Shown here in pieces: positions 19,504 to 28,046 of a stretch of 35,597 bases of DNA (its first letter is position 1; each line of letters begins with the position of its first letter). A model generated the notes under the pieces. The model was not told the DNA's origin. It searched no databases and worked only from the letters and a program-made list of their open reading frames with translations. The position numbers were made by a program, and so were the translations under genes. The DNA comes from Deltaproteobacteria bacterium (lineage in GTDB: Bacteria; Bdellovibrionota; FAC87; UBA2466): contig JAYVQZ010000109.1 in the NCBI GenBank assembly GCA_043776735.1, positions 1 to 35,597 on the forward strand, in the 5' to 3' direction.

Positions 19504-20325
19504 ATGTTTTTTTCGGTGGCACTGCTGGGTTTGGTAAGTACGAATTGCACGAGATCGTCTAAAGAGATCGCCAGCGTTGGCTCCTACAAGCTTAATTCGA
19601 GGGAGCTGGAAATGGCGCGAGAGGTGCGCCGTTTGCTAAATCGAAACGACGAAGAATCGAAAGTGGCAGACGAGATCTGCCTTGCCTTTTCGTCAGCTGA
19701 AATTTTGGTTCGTTTTGGTATCCCACTTACGCCTCAAGAGATAAAAGACGAAGCCAAACGCATCGAAAAGGAGTCGGTTCAGCCGGAGCTTTTGAATCAG
19801 GTAAAAAAGATTTTAGGAGACGGAACCTCCGAGTATTTGAAACTTTTTGTCCTTCCCACGCTGGCGCAGCGGCGTCTTCAACGGGACTTCTTCCGATTTT
19901 CTCCCCAGACCCAAGGGGAGATAGGAAAACTTGCCGACACACTTTCAAAAAAAGCAAAGTCGAACAAAAAACCGTTTTCCTCCTGGCCTTCCCGTGAAGG
20001 GGTTACGGTCTCCGCTTTTTACTTAGGACCGTTGGGAGAGGTAACGGACCAAGAGAGTGACATTTCTCTTCCCGCTGGTATCAAGGAAAAAACGGCATTA
20101 GACAGCGAAACGACAGGAAAGTTACAGAGATTGGGAGAGGGCGCCTCGTTGCCCGAAGCTCTTGAATCAGGCGATCAATTTCTCATCTTCCGCCGAATCT
20201 ATAACTTCAAAAAATTCCGTGGGTGGAAAAAGTTTGAAGTTCTCACTGTCTCCAAACGGAAGTGGGAACCGTGGTTAGCCAACCAGTCTTCTACACTTAT
20301 GCGCAGTGGACTTTGTGCCCCGTAA
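19504..20325 (+). CDS. Putative lipoprotein resembling SurA/PrsA foldases (SurA_N-like plus degenerate parvulin)
   Basis: ATG 1 nt after the giant gene stop. Signal ending LVSTN-C (imperfect lipobox), then IASVGSYKLNSRELE, AEILVRFGIPLTPQEIKDEAKRI and GEGASLPEALESGDQFLIFR, which recall foldase consensus segments. Confidence 0.65.
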   Translation: MFFSVALLGLVSTNCTRSSKEIASVGSYKLNSRELEMAREVRRLLNRNDEESKVADEICLAFSSAEILVRFGIPLTPQEIKDEAKRIEKESVQPELLNQVKKILGDGTSEYLKLFVLPTLAQRRLQRDFFRFSPQTQGEIGKLADTLSKKAKSNKKPFSSWPSREGVTVSAFYLGPLGEVTDQESDISLPAGIKEKTALDSETTGKLQRLGEGASLPEALESGDQFLIFRRIYNFKKFRGWKKFEVLTVSKRKWEPWLANQSSTLMRSGLCAP

Positions 20326-20405
20326 GAGGCGCCCCTTTTGTCCTGACATTTCACTGTGCGCTGCGCCCGCGTTGCGGCCAAATAGTAAACGTAATATTAA
20401 GCCCG

Positions 20406-21029
20406 TTAACCTGCGCTATTTTTTACCATCGTAAAAGGAACTACCAACTTACCCGGAGGTCCGGGGAGTAGAAAAATACGATCTTTTTCAATTTCGATAA
20501 GTGGCGTTCCCGGAAAAAGAATCACGTCGATCCAGGGATTGGCAAAAACCCCCACGTGTTCCGCCTCTTGTTCTGGTTTGGTAAGAAAAATTCCAGTCAA
20601 GTCGTGAAAGGCTTCCTTGTACCATTTTGGTGGGTAATCGGACTTCACGTAGGGCGTAGGACCAGCTACCAACCGCCGATATAGATGGAGCGATTCCAAT
20701 ACCTCTTGTGCGTTGAAATGCTGCTTGTCTTGGTACCTACCCGAAATAAAGTGACGAAAAATTTGGCCTGGTGTGGATTGGATCAACGAGAGGTGAGAAG
20801 GAACGCCATAGGTATCTAATCGCAACTTCCCTCCCTGAAACCCTCCTGGATCAGGAGTCTTAAGAGAACCTTGCCGTTCCATTAGTTGGGCGGCGTACCC
20901 TCTTGCCGCCCGCAACAATTCTTCCTCAGTACTTTCCTCGTTTACTAACGTTTTTAGGCAGATTTGGCCAAAAATCGGGGGTGAGCAGAATGTTAAAACC
21001 AGTACTAGCGCTAACAAATTACTTCGCAC
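20406..21029 (-). CDS. Secreted hypothetical protein, possible ADP-ribosyltransferase-like fold
   Basis: GTG start with AGAGGG RBS and a signal peptide. Motif order IFRHFIS ... RLVAG ... TGIFLT ... WIDVIL ... IEIEKDRIFL. The CDS is credible; the fold call is tentative. Confidence 0.7.
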   Translation of the reverse strand: MRSNLLALVLVLTFCSPPIFGQICLKTLVNEESTEEELLRAARGYAAQLMERQGSLKTPDPGGFQGGKLRLDTYGVPSHLSLIQSTPGQIFRHFISGRYQDKQHFNAQEVLESLHLYRRLVAGPTPYVKSDYPPKWYKEAFHDLTGIFLTKPEQEAEHVGVFANPWIDVILFPGTPLIEIEKDRIFLLPGPPGKLVVPFTMVKNSAG

Positions 21030-21052
21030 GTTAAATTCAACCCTCTTTTGTT

Positions 21053-21102
21053 CTTAAGCCTTAGCTTAATTAAGGAGGAAGGCTCAAGGATAAAGGCTTA
21101 AG
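21053..21102. promoter_or_regulatory. Inverted repeat in a divergent intergenic region
   Basis: CTTAAGCCTT (21053-21062) and AAGGCTTAAG (21093-21102) enclose the palindrome CTTAATTAAG (21065-21074). Confidence 0.4.
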
Positions 21103-21147
21103 GATTAGTGCAGGGGGTTGCTTAAAAGGGAGATTTTGCGCTATGAG

Positions 21148-21444
21148 ATGCCTTCAATGGACACCAAAGACCTAATCCACTGTGCCGTTAGCTACGAGCT
21201 CACCCGTATATATTTGGGCGGGGATCCTGAGGATCGTCCCAGCTTTTGGAAAGCCTACGCTGAGATGCTGGCGCACAACCAAAAGACAGGTTACCAAAAC
21301 GCCCGCATCCGAACCTGCTGGTCGCAGCTAGAGGCTTTGGGCCTGGTGAGCTCAGCGCCCGAAATTGCTTCGAACTCTTTTTCCTTCGGACAGCCTTTAA
21401 AAAAGGCTCCCTCCCTACCAAATGCCGAAATTGATGCTTTTTAG
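21148..21444 (+). CDS. Small hypothetical protein
   Basis: ATG at 21148 or 21157, about 95 aa, protein-like helical composition. Fills the gap between two genes; no family recognised. Confidence 0.55.
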   Translation: MPSMDTKDLIHCAVSYELTRIYLGGDPEDRPSFWKAYAEMLAHNQKTGYQNARIRTCWSQLEALGLVSSAPEIASNSFSFGQPLKKAPSLPNAEIDAF

Positions 21445-21586
21445 GTCCCTACCGGCCTGGGTCTGTGGTATTTCAGCCCCAGCATTCGGGGTAAAAACAC
21501 CCGGTTTAAGGCGAACCAAAGCGGCCTCACCCTTGCAATTTGAGAGTGAGAAATAAGCCTTAATTAAACGTTTTAAAGGAGTTCCT

Positions 21587-22381
21587 ATGTTTTCCCGTAA
21601 CTTATCCATTTTTGCCATCGTCGGCCTATTATCCTTTCCTTGTTTCGGTGAGTCGGCAGCCTCAAAGAGCGAACAAGCTGACAAGGACGAGGCACGAGCC
21701 GAAGAACGGGCTAATGAAAAGTTTAAGAAGCGCGATGAGGCTCTAAAAAAGCGAGAATCAGAGGTTGGTGATTGGGAAAGCAAATCCCGGGATGAAAAGA
21801 AAAAAACCGATGAGGCCATCAGCGAGGCTTCCCACAAGGTCGATCCCTATAAGATGTCCTTTGGATTTCACGCAGGAATCAACTTTGCCAACGCCAATTT
21901 GGTCCCGACGGTGGCGACGTCAAACAAAGTAGGGCTTACTTTGGGCGCCTTTTTTGAAACTCCAGTAATGCCTGGATTTTTATTTCTTCAGCCAGAATTT
22001 GATTTTGTCCAAAAAGGATCCGAAAACACTCATTTTGGGCCCAATGCGAATGTCCGACTCAACTATCTTGAAATCCCCGTTTTGCTAAAAGCGAAGTTTG
22101 CCCTTCCTAAAATTAAGCCGTTTGTATTGGGCGGTATTACTGCAGGCTATCTGTTGAGTGGGAGTGTCGACGGAGCTCCGGGTGTGACGCTTTCTCGATT
22201 TAAAAGTTTAGAGATTGGTTACGTCTTAGGTGTCGGCTTTAGTTATCTCTTGGGCGACAACCTTAATTCTCCAGAATTTACCCTGGAAGCACGAATGGGT
22301 TCTGGCTTTAGTAATTTAGATTCCGTAGCCGGCGAATGGACCAACCGGAACTTTTCCCTGCTTGCAGGAATCCAGTTTTAA
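21587..22381 (+). CDS. Outer-membrane beta-barrel protein (porin-family / OMP_b-brl_2-like) with N-terminal charged coiled coil
   Basis: AAAGGAG RBS and signal peptide. E/K/D/R-rich segment, then FGFHAGINFAN, FLQPEFDFVQKG, RLNYLEIPVLLK and PFVLGG; terminal beta-signal LLAGIQF. Confidence 0.88.
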   Translation: MFSRNLSIFAIVGLLSFPCFGESAASKSEQADKDEARAEERANEKFKKRDEALKKRESEVGDWESKSRDEKKKTDEAISEASHKVDPYKMSFGFHAGINFANANLVPTVATSNKVGLTLGAFFETPVMPGFLFLQPEFDFVQKGSENTHFGPNANVRLNYLEIPVLLKAKFALPKIKPFVLGGITAGYLLSGSVDGAPGVTLSRFKSLEIGYVLGVGFSYLLGDNLNSPEFTLEARMGSGFSNLDSVAGEWTNRNFSLLAGIQF

Positions 22382-22390
22382 TGGGCAGTT

Positions 22391-22419
22391 CGCAGAAGGG
22401 CAGTAAACGCCCTTCTGCG
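22391..22419. terminator. Hairpin between convergent genes (probable bidirectional terminator)
   Basis: Perfect 11-bp stem CGCAGAAGGGC / GCCCTTCTGCG with a 7-nt loop, lying between stops at 22381 and 22424. No long U-tract. Confidence 0.7.
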
Positions 22420-22423
22420 CTGC

Positions 22424-24358
22424 TTAATCCAGCATCGCAGCGCTCTGTTCTAGCCCGATACCGGGGCTCACAGAGTCTGCCAATGCCTCGGCACACATCG
22501 AGGCCACACTAGTTCTATTCGAACGCGAGGGATTTTTCTCTCGTAGTTCCCAAAGATGATGGACGATTCTCGGCGATACCTTCTGAAGTCCCGCAATTTC
22601 GATAAACTGCTCTAACGTGAGTGCAGTGCGCGACCGCAATACGTCGTGATTACGTGCCGACCAGACGGCTCGCACCACAGATACGTCGGCATCCATGAGA
22701 TTGAGCCACTTTACGAATTCCGCTCTGGTTAATGACGGATCGGCCTCAATTCTCTTTTTCTGCTCGTCCTTAAGGTTGAGATTCCAAACTTCATCCAAGC
22801 CAAAGTTCTGCAGGACCATGGTGTGATCGGAGAGTGTAAATTTGCCTGAGTGCCAGTTTTTCATCTCTTGGACCGAGTCACTGACAAGCCGGGCAAACCA
22901 CCTAAAAAAACCGGGACCCTTTACGACTTGCCCTGCCGCCTGAGCCTCTTTCAACTTCTTTTGCTCATCCGCATGAAGCACGGCATTGGCCTGTTTGGAA
23001 ACGTCCTCGGAAACGAAAACAAAACGTTTGGGACCTGCTGGTAAAAAACGACCAGCTGCCCAAATGGCCAGTTTGCTTCCCCAACTTACCGTCGCTACGG
23101 CGTAGGCGCCTTTGACGGCTCCTGCTCGAAACAGCGAATGCATGGTGGTGTCGATGAAGCTCACGCCCCATAAAATATAAGAACGCGATTGGTGGTTGAG
23201 CAGTCCCTTAAGTTCCAAGGCGCGCATGCTGTCGTCCATCAAACCATCTAGCCAAACCTCAGGAATAGTTAGGCCTAGACCTCCAAATAAAAAGTCCCAG
23301 GAATTGGGAGAGGGCACTCCGTGGCGTTCTCCGTCTGAGCCGACGATTGTTTGTCCAGAAGCCACAGCTAGGCTTCTCAAAACGTAGCTGATTCCCAGGG
23401 ATCTAAAAAAGTTGATGTTTGCAGACTTGAACCAACCGGTGCGGTTGTAGAGAGCCACTGGCCAAAATTCTTTGAAAAAGGGAAAGGTATGGGACGTACA
23501 GAAATTGGACCATTTTTTTGCGTTGTAACCAAACGCGGCGCCTACTCCGCCGGCAATTGCGGCGATAGCGGCACTGGTGGGATTTAGTCCGTATTTGGTG
23601 AGAATTACCATTCCCGAAGTTGTAAACTTCGCTAAGGCCACCAAACGTGCGGCGACTACGACGTTATAGGGATGGCTGCGGTTCAACCAACCGACCACTT
23701 GACCACTACCGTTGTAAACGGCCATAGCCGCGCCAACCGCCACAGCTTCGGTAGCTGCAAAGGGATGGCGGGAGGCTCTAGCTACTGTGCGAACCGAGCG
23801 ACCCACACGGTTTCTGGCTTTTCCAAACCAACTCAGGCGAAATTGTTCATTCTCTACTAGACCGGTTTGGATTTTAGCTTCAACGATATCGGCGACGTCG
23901 GCTTCTATACTTCCCGGAGCTAGCTTTGGCTGGACTGCATGAACGTCGGCAAGCTGATCCTCTAGAACCTTAGAGTCGGCGTCGAGGTCGACGAAGGACT
24001 CCTGAATCTCGAGTTGCATGTTGGGATAGCGAGCGCCCACCACATCGCGGACCTGTTTTTCGAAAGCCTTCCTGGTCTCGATTGAGGCGCCCTTAGGCAC
24101 CACCACGACGACCAGTACGGGTTCGTTGGAGGCGGGCAATACGGAAACGCCATTGGAGGTATTGAACTCGTCGAAGAGCGTGGGCATGTCCTCAACGTTC
24201 ATCTCACCGGCATCCACCATGATATTGGCCCCATAACGATTGGTGCCCTCAGTGGTGAGATAAACGGTAAATCCTTTTCCCTTGGGGTCCGCTTTGAGGG
24301 GAGACGCCAGGAATAGAACGGCCGCTGCTACGACAAAAAACAGAGAAGTGAGTTTCAT
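22424..24358 (-). CDS. Secreted/membrane hypothetical protein with central Gly/Ala-rich hydrophobic helices
   Basis: 644 aa with signal peptide MKLTSLFFVVAAAVLFLASPLKA, several hydrophobic segments and two short C-terminal helical repeats. Confidence 0.85.
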   Translation of the reverse strand: MKLTSLFFVVAAAVLFLASPLKADPKGKGFTVYLTTEGTNRYGANIMVDAGEMNVEDMPTLFDEFNTSNGVSVLPASNEPVLVVVVVPKGASIETRKAFEKQVRDVVGARYPNMQLEIQESFVDLDADSKVLEDQLADVHAVQPKLAPGSIEADVADIVEAKIQTGLVENEQFRLSWFGKARNRVGRSVRTVARASRHPFAATEAVAVGAAMAVYNGSGQVVGWLNRSHPYNVVVAARLVALAKFTTSGMVILTKYGLNPTSAAIAAIAGGVGAAFGYNAKKWSNFCTSHTFPFFKEFWPVALYNRTGWFKSANINFFRSLGISYVLRSLAVASGQTIVGSDGERHGVPSPNSWDFLFGGLGLTIPEVWLDGLMDDSMRALELKGLLNHQSRSYILWGVSFIDTTMHSLFRAGAVKGAYAVATVSWGSKLAIWAAGRFLPAGPKRFVFVSEDVSKQANAVLHADEQKKLKEAQAAGQVVKGPGFFRWFARLVSDSVQEMKNWHSGKFTLSDHTMVLQNFGLDEVWNLNLKDEQKKRIEADPSLTRAEFVKWLNLMDADVSVVRAVWSARNHDVLRSRTALTLEQFIEIAGLQKVSPRIVHHLWELREKNPSRSNRTSVASMCAEALADSVSPGIGLEQSAAMLD

Positions 24359-24540
24359 TATTTAACCTGAATAAGTTGAGGGAATGGTTATAGGATAAAT
24401 AACGCATTGCGTCTACGGAAAGGTACCTTTCCGTAAATTTCTAGGGAGTTAGCACAAGACCCTGACCCTGTGAAAATGGGGTGTTGGGGGCTGAACGAGA
24501 GGCAATGAGGGAACCTCCAAAAAGCTTAGTTCCCCATTTT

Positions 24541-24569
24541 TTGACGGTTTATCGTCGCGACAGTATCGT
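24541..24569 (+). promoter_or_regulatory. Putative sigma70 promoter immediately before the GT-C gene
   Basis: TTGACG(24541)-N17-TATCGT(24564). Confidence 0.45.
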
Positions 24570-24578
24570 TTGGCGTTC

Positions 24579-26045
24579 GTGAAATCCTATTTTGACCTTA
24601 AATCGAAGGGTAATCCAACGGCCCAGGGTTGGTTTTGGGCGTTTGCCGCCTTCCTCTTTGCTTCAGCAAGACTCTTTGAGCAGGGGCTGTCGCTAGATCC
24701 TGCCATCTACTCCACGATGGCCCGTAATTTCGCCGAATCAGGCGGCTGGCGCATTGGGGTGGGTAAGTACTTTTTTCAAGATTTCCCCGATCATCCCTAT
24801 CTCTTTGCTTGGCTACAGGGGCTTTTCTTTCGGGCCTTTGGGGCCTCGGATTTCACGGCCCGGGTGCCAAGCCTGGTGATGGGGTGTTTGACCCTTTATT
24901 TCTTTCATCAATTTCTCTACAGAAACTTTGGAGAGAAGAGGGCAAATCTTTTTTGCCTACTCACCGTATTAAGCCCCCCCTTTGTAGGACGCTTTGCTAC
25001 GCCTTATCTAGAGATCTCCTATTTTTTCTTCTTTGTGGTGAGTCTGGATTACCTAGATAGGTCTCTTCAGAGCGGGCGGATTTCCCAGTTATTGGTTTCC
25101 GCTCTTTTATTCGTTGGCGCCTTTTTCACAAAAGGCATCGCGTTGCTTCCGGCACTGGCCCTTCTTGGCTATTGGAGCTGTTTTGGTGTTGATCCAAAAT
25201 CGCGCAGTGTGAAATGGTTTCTTTTTTGGTTGTTGGTCACCGTAATAACGGGCACGGCCTTAATTGGGGTTCAGACCCATTTCTCAGAGTTCCCCTTTTG
25301 GAGAGAGTATTTTTACCGCGCTTTTTTTAAACGGGCGACGCAATCTCATAATTTATTAGAGGGTGAAATCAGTTTCTTTCTCTTGATATTCAAACTCCAC
25401 CCCTTGCACTCCTTTTTGGCTCTGGCTGGATTTGGTTGGGGGCTAAAGAAAAGGGACGAGCGCTCACTGCTAACTTTTGGATCGGCGGGGCTGATTCTGT
25501 TTGGGGCGGCAAATGGTGTTTTGGGAAAGGGCTACCATCATTACACCTATCCTACGTTTCCCTTTGTAAACTTTTTGGCCGTGGTCGGATTAAGCCAGTG
25601 GGCGGTCGCCCAACGGTGGCGTCCTGAGACAGTTCGGCAATGGGCATTACGACTAGGCCTTTTTTACCAACTCCTGTGGAATCTGTTGCCCATTCCCCTG
25701 CGAAGAAAACCCTATGTAGATTTTTTTCAGTTCCGTCCCAAAATTGCGGCGATGAAAAACAGCGGGCTTAAGGAACTTCAGGGGTTAAACCTCTCTGACA
25801 CCGACTGGCTATATCCAGCAGTTTCCCTTTGGTACTGGCAAGCCGACACCCGCCTAATTGAATCTGTGAAATTGCTGGAGAAGGGGGCACTTCTCACTGA
25901 GGTCACAAAGACTTCCGATGAACTGCGCAGTTCATTAAGGCAACAAGGTTTCACCCTTTGCGACTCAGCCGACCATTATTTGCTATGGACAGTGGAGGAA
26001 TACCGAATTCCCTGTCTTCAGGCCCACCGGAAGGTTTGGCCGTAG
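24579..26045 (+). CDS. ArnT/PMT-like (GT-C fold, GT39/GT83-type) membrane glycosyltransferase
   Basis: LDPAIYSTMARN, FPDHPYLFAWL, FGASDFTARVPS, FFTKGIALL and many TM helices. Start is TTG 24570 or in-frame GTG 24579. Confidence 0.87.
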   Translation: MKSYFDLKSKGNPTAQGWFWAFAAFLFASARLFEQGLSLDPAIYSTMARNFAESGGWRIGVGKYFFQDFPDHPYLFAWLQGLFFRAFGASDFTARVPSLVMGCLTLYFFHQFLYRNFGEKRANLFCLLTVLSPPFVGRFATPYLEISYFFFFVVSLDYLDRSLQSGRISQLLVSALLFVGAFFTKGIALLPALALLGYWSCFGVDPKSRSVKWFLFWLLVTVITGTALIGVQTHFSEFPFWREYFYRAFFKRATQSHNLLEGEISFFLLIFKLHPLHSFLALAGFGWGLKKRDERSLLTFGSAGLILFGAANGVLGKGYHHYTYPTFPFVNFLAVVGLSQWAVAQRWRPETVRQWALRLGLFYQLLWNLLPIPLRRKPYVDFFQFRPKIAAMKNSGLKELQGLNLSDTDWLYPAVSLWYWQADTRLIESVKLLEKGALLTEVTKTSDELRSSLRQQGFTLCDSADHYLLWTVEEYRIPCLQAHRKVWP

Positions 26046-26098
26046 GACACCAAAGGTAAGGCTCGATTTTTTACCTAAGTTATGTGAAAGAGAAGGGG

Positions 26099-26488
26099 AT
26101 GTCTTCTCCTAAGCCACCGTCTGACAAAGCCTCTGCCGACAAATTCGTCGCCGAAGTCCGCCGCCATCAAGAATCCCAAGAGAAGACCTACCGATCCAGG
26201 GCTTTGGCGATGTATCCGCATATTTGTGGAAGGTGCACGAGAGAGTTTAGCGGAAAAAAGCTTCGAGAATTAACAGTGCATCATCGAAATCATAATCATG
26301 ACGATAATCCCTCTGATGGCAGCAACTGGGAATTGCTCTGTATTTATTGCCATGAAAACGAACACGCCCGAAACGCGGTGGCCGATTCTTACCTGGGTGG
26401 CGCTGATTCTCCTGGCGGCATTCCTAAACCAGAACTATCCCACAATCCGTTCTCGGCGCTTTCTGATCTTTTGAAGAATAAGAAGTAG
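26099..26488 (+). CDS. yajD: YajD-family HNH nuclease
   Basis: YRSRALAMYPHICGRCTREF, LRELTVHHRNHNHDDNPSDGSNWELLCIYCHENEH and C-terminal HNPFSALSDLL. AAGGGG lies just before ATG 26099. Confidence 0.92.
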   Translation: MSSPKPPSDKASADKFVAEVRRHQESQEKTYRSRALAMYPHICGRCTREFSGKKLRELTVHHRNHNHDDNPSDGSNWELLCIYCHENEHARNAVADSYLGGADSPGGIPKPELSHNPFSALSDLLKNKK

Positions 26489-26647
26489 ATTGGTATATTG
26501 TGCGAGCTCTCGATCGGGGTGGTTCTCCACTCAAATATTGCCTGCGGCTATCTTGGGAATGCGATGTCCCCTTGGGGGGCACTTTCCTTGCGGGATGCGT
26601 TACCGGAGGATTCTCCCGAACTGATCCGTCTATAAAAAAAGAGGGCT

Positions 26648-27976
26648 ATGACCATCGCGTTCTCCAATAGGCTTATTTTTTTTCTCGGTGGTCTGGGACT
26701 TATCGTCATCGCCGGGTGTTATGTCGCCACTCAGCCGACGATCTCAGTCAATCACGGCACCGGTTGGGATGGGCGCTACTATTTTGAATTGGCAAGCCAG
26801 TTCGCCAGGCATCTGCCTCTGATGGGTCGCAAGCCCTTCGTGTATCGGCTTGGACTGCCGTGGTTGGTGGGTTGGCTGTTCCCTGAAAATCTCCTGGTCG
26901 GTTTTTGGATCCTTAATGAGCTCTTCAGTTTTTGTTTACTCATCTGTTTTATTGTCTTTTTGAAGGCCACTGGCTTACGACCATTCACGATAGGAATAGT
27001 CACCCTGTTTTTTATTGGCAATCCCTGGGGACCGGTCCGATTTTCGGCGTACTATCCTGCCAATGTTGATGCTCCGGCCCTTTTCTTTTTTTCCCTCTTC
27101 TTTGCGCTAATGACTAGGCGGCGGTCGTTCACGCCAGGCACGGTAGCCCTGGTTAGCCTGATCACTTTGGGGGGCGTTTTCTTTCGGGAGATCCTGCTAG
27201 TAACCGCCGTTGCTTTTCTATTTGTCAGGAAAAACGGCGCGACCGCTGGCGCCGTCCCATCGCGGTTCCCCGCACTGGCGCATCTCGGAGGGAGGAGAGT
27301 TCTGCCTCTTTGCCTCGGCGTCTTGGGTACGATCGTCGCTCATGAGATGGTGGTTGTGACTCCCTCTGCCTTTTCGTTTGGAAAAGTTGCCCTGATAAAT
27401 ATAGTCGTAAGCTTAAAAGATCCTCTGCGCTTAGTAATGGCGTCTTTCAATGCTTACGGCCCCGTCCTTGGTCTGGCCGGAGTGGGGCTGACCTTACGGT
27501 GGGGACATTGGCGGCGGGAGCGCCCGGAATTCTTAGCCTTCGGATTGATCGTACTGTTTCTCTCTTTGATCGGGGGCGGGGACCTCGAGCGATTTGCGCT
27601 GTGGGCCCATCCCCTAGTTTATCTGGCCATTGGAGAGGGGCTTGAACACGTATGGAGAGCGCTTGGCAAAACCGGCGTCGCCGCAATCCCGTTTTTTACG
27701 CTGCTGCTGTTAGCCCAAATAATGGGGCAGCGTCTCTTTTGGAATCTGCCGCCGGGTTCCGCCGAGCTTCTTTCAAGGGGCCCGGAGATTACCCTTTGGG
27801 CGCCCTATGGTTCCCACGTGAACCTCGGACAATGCTGGATTTCCTATATGGACCGGGCAACTCGGCACTTGATTGAACTCCAATATTTGGGACTGTTTGT
27901 GATTTTGGGAGCCTTAGCAAAAGGGGCCGTTCGACGTAAAAATAGCCAACGTCACCGACCAATCGGCGTCGCCTAG
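26648..27976 (+). CDS. Polytopic membrane protein, probable GT-C-fold glycosyltransferase-like
   Basis: GAGGG RBS. First loop GWDGRYYFELA..PFVYRLGLPWL, later NVDAPAL, FFREIL and DLERF; about 10 TM segments. Confidence 0.7.
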   Translation: MTIAFSNRLIFFLGGLGLIVIAGCYVATQPTISVNHGTGWDGRYYFELASQFARHLPLMGRKPFVYRLGLPWLVGWLFPENLLVGFWILNELFSFCLLICFIVFLKATGLRPFTIGIVTLFFIGNPWGPVRFSAYYPANVDAPALFFFSLFFALMTRRRSFTPGTVALVSLITLGGVFFREILLVTAVAFLFVRKNGATAGAVPSRFPALAHLGGRRVLPLCLGVLGTIVAHEMVVVTPSAFSFGKVALINIVVSLKDPLRLVMASFNAYGPVLGLAGVGLTLRWGHWRRERPEFLAFGLIVLFLSLIGGGDLERFALWAHPLVYLAIGEGLEHVWRALGKTGVAAIPFFTLLLLAQIMGQRLFWNLPPGSAELLSRGPEITLWAPYGSHVNLGQCWISYMDRATRHLIELQYLGLFVILGALAKGAVRRKNSQRHRPIGVA

Positions 27977-28046
27977 CCGTATTCCTGTGGTCCACGACCA
28001 GGAATTGGCCTCACTCCAGGGTACGCCGATTGCACAAATACACGCC

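Noticed and set aside
26099-26488. HNH nuclease as a mobile or defence element
   Set aside because: It matches the conserved chromosomal YajD family along its whole length, with no mobile context.
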